Assembly: GCA_951406725.2 (NCBI GenBank)
Contig: OX597814.1
Location: 57,040,001 to 57,104,000, forward strand
Reading direction: 5' to 3'
DNA from: Octopus vulgaris
Taxonomy: Eukaryota
DNA length: 64,000 bases
Shown: one piece after another, positions 51,670-64,000 of the stretch
Numbering within the stretch: position 1 is the first letter of the stretch
Layout: every line of letters starts with the position of its first letter
Program-made: the position numbers and the translations under genes
The notes under the pieces: model-generated
Databases searched by the model: none
Seen by the model: the letters and a program-made list of their open reading frames with translations, nothing else
What the model was told of the DNA's origin: nothing

Positions 51670-53260
51670 TATCCCCACAACAATATATAAAGATAAGGGC
51701 CCAAAATCAGTGTGTGGTAATTCTAGAGGGATAGTTCTCCTGGTACATACTGAGAAGATACTTTCAAGTATTCTGTTACATCATCTCGTTAAAAACGTGC
51801 CCACACGTGATTCTTGAGGAGCGAGGAACAACGGGCATGATATTTTCTGCGAGGCAGGTTCAGGAGAAATGCTTAGAAGAACAAATGCCACAATACTAGG
51901 TATTCAAAGATTTCACTAAGGCATTTGACACGGTAAACAGGGAAGTGCTCTGGATTGTTTTATGTAAACCTGGTTGCCCAGCACATTTTGTAAGCATCTT
52001 TAAGGAAATACAGAGAAACATGAAAGCTCAAGTAGTTTTTAGTGGTGAGCCGTCGCACGAATTTTCAGTGGATGACGGTGTCAGACAGAGGGATATTCCT
52101 TCCACAACACTTTTTCTATTTATTTTGTTGCATTGCTTTGGTATGCTTTCAAGGATTGCAACAGGGGAATCGGAATCAGAATTTTAAATCTCACCCAGTT
52201 TACCTGCAAAGCAAAAGCTTTCAAAACACTTGTCAGATAATTGCTATACCCTGATGATGTTCATTTGTTGGCTCACTCAGAGGAGGATATGCAACATATG
52301 CTGGACAGATTTTCCACTACGTGTGTACATTTCGGACTCACAGTTAGTTTTGGGAAAACCAAAATAAGGTTTACTCGCGCAGCAGGGCAACTGTATTCTG
52401 AGTCAAACATTTTTGTGAATGAAACAAGGTTAGAAGTCACTGACCCTTTTATTTACCTGGGAAGCACATTGTCAAAAGATGGTGGTCTTGATGCAGAGGT
52501 ATACTATCGAATAGAGAAGGGAAGTGTTGCATTTGGAAAGCTCGAAAAGCGAGAATGGGCAGAGAGGAGTATTTCTTTACAGACAAAAATCAGAGTCTAT
52601 AAGACGTGTGTATTGACTGCACTTTTTTATTCGAGTGAGACGAAGACCACTTACAGGCATCATATGAAAATGCTGGATAGATTTAATAAAAAGTGCCTCA
52701 GACGTATCTTGGGAGTCAAATGGGAATGTTTTATACCAGATATAGAAGTTTTGCGCATGGCAAGTTGTAACTCAGTTGAACAACATATCATCTTGGCGCA
52801 AATGAGATGGGCTGGACATGTTATTAGAATAGAAGATGAAGGATTGCCAAAGCTCAACTCTAGTAAGCGACTACAACATAAGGTATAAAGACTGAGTGAA
52901 GGAAAAACCTGAAGAAATAAGATATGAACAAAAGTGATTGGGAAATTGATGCTTTGGATCGGAACAAGTGGAGAGGTACTGTTTGGACCGGTTGCAACGT
53001 CTGAGAAGAAAAGATGATTCAGCACTACGAGCTTAAAAGGGCTTGTCGGAATGGAACAATTGGAACCGAAATCAACAATAAATATTGGATATGCATTATG
53101 TGCGATTGTGTTCTGTTGTCAAAAGTAGGACACCGTGAATCATATGAAGTCACATGAAAATCGAAATACCCAACCGCCTCTTACAACTTGCGTCATATGT
53201 CACAAAACCTGTAAGACAATATCTGGACTTGACATATGCTAGTTCACAAAACATTCCTTC
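51670..53260 (+). mobile_element. 5'-truncated RTE-clade (BovB-like) LINE
   Basis: KGPKSVCGNSRGI, MIFSARQVQEKC, DFTKAFDTVNREVLW, YPDD, FIYLGSTLS, TKIRVYKTCVLTALFYSSE, QMRWAGHVIRIEDEGLPK; C-terminal CxxC/H remnants. Confidence 0.9.
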
Positions 53261-53329
53261 AGAATCAGATTCCAAAAGCATTGTATACGAAAGGTAACAT
53301 TATATACTAATTTATAATTATATAAATAA

Positions 53330-56783
<3,454 letters not shown>

Positions 56784-58059
56784 TCAGGTCATCCTATAAG
56801 TCCTGTCCGAATATTGAATAAAGAAAACAAATGATCAAATGTTATATTTAATTGAAATTTAATAATCAATGTATTCCCGGATTATCTATGACTTCCTTCC
56901 ATCTATTTACATGCTCTTTAATCCCTTCAATGTAAAACACCTTTGGTTTCAAAGCGAAGAACTCTGAAATGTCAGTTTCGACCTCCTCGTTTGCGAAAGT
57001 TATGTCCCCCAAATGATTCTGTAAACTGCGAAACAAATGGTAGTCTGAATGAGCAAGGTCGGAAGAATAAGGTGGATGAGGAATTTTTTTCCCAACCATG
57101 CTCTTCGATCTTCTGAGATGTGATCGTTGCAGTGTGGGGTCGCGCATTGTCCTGATGAAACATCACTCCTTCTCGATTCACTAAAGCGGGGTTTTTTTCT
57201 TCAAAGCTTGGTTCAAACACTCTAATTGCTGATAGTAGACTTGAGCATTGATTCTTGCATTAGGTGGTAACAATTCAAAGTGAATTACTCCTTTGCGATC
57301 CCACCAGATAGAGAGAAGAACCTTTTCCCCATGAAGTTCCCTTCTCTGTTGTGGTTGAGCTTTTTACCTTTTACCAAGTCCCTGTTTACGACGTTTAACA
57401 TTTCGATAGAAGATCTATTTTTCGTCAACAGTCAGAAGTCTATCCAAAAAGGGTGAAATGAGTTCGCGAGAATGGAGAGAAGAGCAAATGTCAACTCGGG
57501 ATTTGCGGCTGCTTTCGGGCAATTCACTAGGCACCCATTTTCCAAGTTTAGGAACATTTCCAAGTTGTTGAAGATGACGATGAACAGTTATATGGTTTGA
57601 ACTAAGCTTTATTGCCAATTCTTCAATTGATGATACAGGATTTTCTTCAAGTAATGCCTCAAGGAGCTTATCATCAAACTCAACTGGACGTTCTGTTCGA
57701 TCTTCATCCTCAAGACTGAAATCTCCACTTCTGAATTTTGCAAACCATCTTCTGCAAGTTCTTTCATTCAAGCATTCTTTCCCATAAACTGAGTGTATGT
57801 TTCGAGTCGCTTCGGCTGTAGAGTTGTTTTTTTTGTACTTATAAAGCATTATGTGCCTTAAATGCTCTTTGGATACTTCCATGTTATAAAGGGTTTTAAT
57901 CAAAGAAATTTAAATTCTATTATTCTGTAAAATAATATTTAATTAGTTTAAATGTACACAAATGCATAGAAATTATTTTTTTATTCCATTAGACATTCTA
58001 AAATACTATTAAATTTCATTCAATTTTTAAAGAGGTAAAATCGGACAGAGCTTATGGGT
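56784..58059 (-). mobile_element. Mariner (DD34D) transposon inserted into the Helitron
   Basis: TIR TCAGGTCATCCTATAAGTCCTGTCCGA after TA; truncated inverse at 58041-58059; fragments RRWFAKFRSGD, LTVDEK, HQDNARPH, PPYSSDLAHSDYHLFRSL. Confidence 0.92.
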
Positions 58060-58117
58060 GTGTGTGGTCTTAAACGGCTTACAAATATCTTCCACGCTGC
58101 AAATGTTTTTGAAAATT

Positions 58118-58448
58118 AAGGGTGCGGAATGACCACACCAACACGCTCTAAAATGGTTCTAAAACCACTTTTATGCTCCATTAGCACGGTTTGTATGGGT
58201 ATGTATAGATATTTGCATATATATATATATACTTAGAGATATTTGCGTATATATACTTTGACGTATTGTACTGAAAACAACAGGGTGTTTTATAACGCTA
58301 AGTTTGAAATCGATTTACAATTAATCAAAAGATCTTATTCATTTTTTCATCTGCCTACTTACAACCCTTGCTAATGGAGTATTGAAGTGGTTTTAGAGCC
58401 ATTTGACGTCTATTTCTAGCGTGTTGCTGTGGTCAATCCGCACCCTTT
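58118..58448. mobile_element. Unclassified MITE with ~55-bp TIRs
   Basis: AAGGGTGCGGAATGACCACACCAACACGCT..AAATGGTTCTAAAACCACTT versus its inverse at 58386-58448. Confidence 0.7.
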
Positions 58449-58912
58449 AATATATCATCCTGATAAATTAGTAGCTTCTAAGTGGAAGAAAGGGCAACAA
58501 TGTTCTTTGTCTATATATTTCTCCAGCGGTCGCTAATTTACCCTCGTTCTGGTCTAACGGCCCATGTTTGTTTTGTTCGATTTCCTTGTATATCTCCACT
58601 GCCTTCTTTTGTTCCTAACTTTGACCCTACATAAAACCCCAAATTTCATTTTGGTAGGTATGGGAGCAACTGTATTCGAAGACTCATATTGTCGTTCAAT
58701 GTTCGAAATGAGTAGCAGACAGCCGACAACTGATGAAGCGTCGATACTTATGTTACTTGTCCTGTTTTCCATTTGTTTCTCTTGCTGTTTGCGTATTGAA
58801 CTCATTTAGTTTCATATTTCATGTTGTTTACTGTTGGTGACGTCCTGTACCCATATATGCATGTATATATATATATATATATATATATAAACAATTGAAT
58901 GAAAAATGTGCC

Positions 58913-59271
58913 AATCCAGGCCAGAATCGAACCCACAAATCAACGCTTACAGGTTCCTTGCGCATCTGATTGTGTCAAACGCTCACCATCAATTTCAGCC
59001 AAATTTTATGAACTGTCCAATATTACATTTAATATTTGTAAACAAACCAGAAGGTTTTGTAAGTTGCGGTGATAGAGCGACTATGGAAGTCTATTAGTAC
59101 AATAACTATATAATAATAATATATCATGATAATAATAATCAGAGTATATAGTGGACAGTTAAAGTATATATTCATGAAATTTGGCTGAAATTGATGGGTG
59201 AGCATTTGACCCAATCGGATGCGCAAGGAGCCGTGTAAGCGTTTATTTGTGGGCTTAATTCTGGCCTGGGA
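58913..59271. mobile_element. Foldback/MITE with ~105-bp imperfect inverted arms
   Basis: CCAGGCCAGAAT..CCCACAAAT..TCAATTTCAGCCAAATTT..AACTGTCCA is mirrored at 59152-59271. Confidence 0.75.
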
Positions 59272-59349
59272 TACTCATCATATTTCAGTCATTTGTTTAA
59301 TGTCGCTTTAAATCGGAGTATATATATATAATTATTATTACGATATAAC

Positions 59350-59431
<82 letters not shown>

Positions 59432-60139
59432 AAGGATTAATTATTATTGTAAAATAATAACAATATCAGTGGCTAACATGCTTTAAAACTGTACAGGTAA
59501 AAATTAATATAAGCCTATAATCATATATAAATATATACACCTATAATGAAGGGTATTAGGAAAAGTAACAACATGCTAGAAACCGATGCCAAAATATCTC
59601 CACACCATTTAAATCACTCATATGCACAGTTGAAGGCGAGGGAATTAGCATAAAATAGAAAGTAAATGTACCTTTTGTGAATAAAATTCGCAAGTAATAA
59701 ACAGATGATCCCATATCGATCGATTTCAATAAATACTCAGCCATCGACAGTGAGATTTTCCGTTAATTAGTATATATATATTAAGTAATAGGGAGTTTAG
59801 TTTCTTAATGAACTTTTGACTTTCACATTGATAGCTGTTCCTCCCCATATCCCCCCCTTTTCTTTCTCTCTCTTATTCTAATTTACTTTTAACTCTACCA
59901 TAAACTTAGTTGTATTTATATGTTTGCTGTCTGTATGCTTCTGCTTTACACAAAATATTTTCGTAATTTATGTCATAGTTTGCTCTCTCCATTTCTGATG
60001 TTTATTTAGCTTTTTCACGTTAACCTGTTTTGCCTAATTCTCTTCTTGAACTCTTACACGTCACAAGCCTATCCATTCAATCTTTCAACATAATTTCTTG
60101 TTTTACCAGTCTACATTTTCTCATACTGGTTATGCAAAC

Positions 60140-60265
60140 TGTATATGCAAAGAAAGACTGGTGGCAGAGGACTACTTAGTAGAGACTATTGTATAAGGAG
60201 TGAAAGGAAAACGCTTGCCGAGTGTTTGATAAATAGTGACGAAAATCTGCTGCAATATACTGAGA
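60140..60265 (+). mobile_element. Short internal fragment of the R4/Dong-like LINE family
   Basis: Similar to 62893-63008 (GGTGGCAGAGGACTA..TATTGTATAAGGAGTGAAA..AACGCTTGCC..TTTGATAAATA). Confidence 0.75.
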
Positions 60266-60439
60266 CCCATATTATTATTGATATCTTTAAATGCTATAGG
60301 TAGAACAATAGTGATGATGATAATCACTGTGGTTATGGAAGCGACACAATGCACGCACGTTATTTATATATATATATATATGTATGTACATACATGTATA
60401 TGTGTATATACAAATACAGAGAGGAAGAGAGAGATGAGA

Positions 60440-63400
60440 TCTCAATTACAACTCTCGTGGAAACCCCACGAACGACTCATGAAATCATGACGCAGCACAA
60501 CAACGAAAGAATTAACGGTGAGAATGAAGCTATAGCCGACCATGGTGAAGGTTTCCCGCCCGGCACGTCCGAAACTGCTCGCATCAGTGGCAGTGATCTG
60601 GCCTCGGACGGCCGTTATATCACAACAGATCACATACACGGTGTGCGCAAAAACAGACATAAGTGGACGAAAGAAGATTATGATACACTTATTGAATGTC
60701 ATGAAAGAGTAAAGCTGGAAAGAAGTCGCGGAGTAGGCCGACGTACCTTGAAATTTTGGATGGAAAAGAACATTTGTCCAATGTCAGAAAATAAACTAAT
60801 GAACCAAGTGAGAGTGGTTAGAAGGAAGGGTTACTTAACTGGAGTAGAAATATCTCGGATTAGTGAGAGTCTGAGAGACCCTGCGGATGGGCTACAAAGG
60901 ATGGTCGGAGTTGAATGCAGAGTGAAGGGTGGACAAGAGGAACAGGGAAGTGGTGATGGGGCTGGTAAGGATGAGGAACAGGAACGTTATACAGTGAACC
61001 CTGATATTGTGGTGGGTGGACATGCAGAGGAAATGAACCAACTAGATAATGAATTGCTTGAAATTCAAAGACGACTCACCAACTTGATGAATGCTCCAGA
61101 AGAAAATAATCTCCATGAATATGAGAAGGGTAGATAGGAGTATGATAAATAAAGTAACACAAAAGATAAATACTGTCATACCATACATCCAGACAGAGGA
61201 CGTAACACAAACAAGGAGAATCTTCTCCGAGCTATTGCACTACTTGCTGAGGAGAAATTACAACTTAAGAAAACGAAAAATGGTGGAGCAAAAGAACTAT
61301 GGTGGAAAGGACGCATTGAAAGGGGCATAATGTGGGCAATGCAATATCTAGGGAAAATTGGGCAATGGTTAAGAGGAAACTGGAAAAATGAGAAGAAATA
61401 TAAAATACGGAAAAACAGGTTTGATGCAGTAATAGAGCAGTTAAAATAGGATCTTTGCAAAAAGCCAGAAGATCAGATTTGTGAAAAGAAATAAGCAATT
61501 CGAGAACAGATTGTTCAAAAATAACTCGAAACAATTCTTCTGAAAGTTAGAAGGAGACAATGAGGGAAATGTTGCTCCTGATGCAAATCAAGCCAAGGAG
61601 TTCTGGAGCGGATTATGGAGGGAAACAATATGATGCATAAAAGGGATGCAATGTGGATAGGAACTATCAAGACAGAATTACAAGTAGGAAAGAAACATTG
61701 TCATAAGCACGGATGATGTGAAAGAACAAGAGGTTACGTGCCTAACTGGAAAGCCCCCGGACCAAATGGGATTCGTGGCCTTTGGCTGAAGAGATGCCAC
61801 ACGGTGCATGAAAGTCTAATAGCCCAATTGAATGAGTGTATCCAGAAAGGTACAGTCCCCGCGTGGATGATGACTGGGAGAACAACACTTGTAATGAAAG
61901 ACAGAAGAAAAGGGACTATTGTGAGAAACTATCGTCCCATAGCATGCCTAAACATAATCTGGAAGATAGTCACTGGAATATGTGCGGCAAAGACACATAC
62001 TTTCCTGGCATAGGAAGCAAAATTGATGCTGGAAGAGTTCTCAGAGTACCAAGGATCATCTGGTCATCGATAAATCCGTTTTGAAGCATTGTAAAGAACA
62101 TCATACAAACATGTCTATGGCTTGGATTGACTTTAAGAAGGTATATGATATGGTGCCTCATTCTTGGATCCTTGAATGCCTACAGATGTTTGGTGTTGCT
62201 GACAACATCACAAATTTTCTGATATATAGCACGAAAGAGTGGAAAACCAAATTGTACTCAAGTAATGTATTCCTTGGAGAAGTTAATAGTAAAAGGAGAA
62301 TCTTCCAAGGTGACTCGTTTTCTCCGTTACTATTTGTAATTTCACTATTACCCATAACAATGACACTTGGGAAAGTTAAGATTCGTTACCGATGTGGAAA
62401 GAAAGTCTCATCAGTGAACCATCTTCTGTTTATGGATGACCTGAAATTATTTGGAAAATCTGAGAAATCTGATAGATTCCTTAAACAAAATAGTCCAGAA
62501 GTGTGGTATGGAATTTCGGATTACCAAATGCTCAGTACTTAATATGAAAAGAAGGAAGAAAGCATTCTGCAGAGGATTACAGTTACCATCAAGAGAGATC
62601 ATGGGTGAACCCGACGGTAGTGGGTAAAGATATTTAGGGATTTTGGAGCTGGATGACATTCTACACAAAGAAATGAAAGCCAACGTCAGCGAGGCGTATC
62701 AAAAAGGGTGAAGATGGTGTTGAAATCCAACCTGAAAGCCAAAACTTTGATTACCGCAATGATTACCTGGGTAGTTGGGGTGGTCAGATATAGTGAGTCC
62801 ATCCTCAAATGGATTAAGGAAGAAATATCAACATTGGAAAGTTGATGACGATGCATGGGGCGCTACACCCTAAAGCAAACGTAAACAGACGGTATATGAA
62901 AAGAAAGAACGGTGGCAGAGGACTAATTAGTATTGTATAAGGAGTGAAAAAAGAACGCTTGCCCAGTATTTGATAAATATTGATGAAGGCTTACTGCAAT
63001 ATACCGTGAAAGATATGGGTGTAAATGCAGATGAAATGGTGGATAAGGAAGAGTTTAATCAAAGAGCTGAGGAGAAGAGAAAAGAAGACCTTCTTGAAAT
63101 GTAAATGCATGGACAGTTTGAAAGGAATACACAGGACGTTGAGGATAATACAACATCGTGGGTATGGCTTGAGCGAGGTGATTTGAAGCGTATCATCGAA
63201 AACCTAATCATTGCTTCAGAAGATCAGGCACCCGCTACCAATTCAGGGAAGTATAACATCTATAAAACTTCTAACACCCAGAAATGCAGACTGTGGAAAG
63301 AGTGTGAAAAATGTGACCCACTTGGTAAGTGGATGTGAGAGCCTTGCACAAAAAGAATACAAGCGCCGCTACAATAAAATGTGGGTGTATCTTCATTGGC

Positions 63401-63937
63401 TCTTATGTCGTAAATATCAATATGAAGTAACAGAGAACTGGTAGGAGCGTGTACCAAGTAAAGATATGCAGGAGGATTGAAAAGTAATGATACTCTGGGA
63501 CTATGATTTCCAGGCGGATCGTATAATGGAACACCATCGGCCGGATATTATTATATTGAGTAAGAGAGACAAACACTGTCAGATCATTGATGTAGCCATA
63601 CCTGATGACATGAATGTTGTGAGTAAGGAGGTTGAAAAAAATCACCAAGTACTCCGAATTGAAAGTGGAAATGGCAAGACTGTATGGAATGCGAGAAGGT
63701 AATGTAAAAGTGATACCAGTGGTGATCAGTGCGAGCGTTGGGCTTAATCCCTTTGAAACTTCAAGACTTCTTAAGGCAACTGGAAATCCCATGCAAGATT
63801 AATGTCTTACAAACGGCAGCATTATTGGGTATAGCGCAAATCTTAAGGAAAGTATTATCTGTCTGATTTCCTTGTAACTTGACAGATGACTAAAGATACC
63901 GGTGCATTTTTACCTACACTGTATTGCGAAGGACTAG
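60440..63937 (+). mobile_element. Near full-length decayed R4/Dong-like non-LTR retrotransposon (RT, CCHC knuckle, restriction-like endonuclease)
   Basis: RHKWTKED, NWKAPGP, NYRPIACL, WIDFKKVYDMVPHSW, IFQGDSFSPLLF, HLLFMDDLKL, MHGQF, HLVSGC..EYKRR, RPDIII..IIDVAIP, LGIAQILRKVLSV* (63866); ends on (TAC)n(TAA)n. Confidence 0.92.
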
Positions 63938-63981
<44 letters not shown>

Positions 63982-64000
63982 ATAATAATAATAATAATAA

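Overview
AT-rich, microsatellite-dense eukaryotic DNA, most likely a cephalopod (Octopus-like) intergenic or intronic region; this is judged from the recurrent SINE families and repeat landscape and is not verified. I cannot support any host protein-coding exon. The window is a nested transposon landscape. It holds a young Penelope-like retroelement (Naiad-type RT + GIY-YIG, 25765-30158) with a 278-bp inverted pLTR and a hammerhead ribozyme (HHR) with a long stem II, and an older Neptune-type Penelope (40100-41560) whose HHR-bearing end recurs as solo copies. It also holds two R4/Dong-type LINEs, an RTE LINE, two mariners, maT-like and rosa-like Tc1/mariner remnants, a Chapaev3-like transposase relic, two Helitrons, DINE-1/HINE-like elements, several MITEs and at least three tRNA-headed SINE families. 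Most short ORFs in the track are microsatellite or antisense artefacts. The most interesting signals are the ribozyme-bearing Penelope system and several locally generated palindromes.
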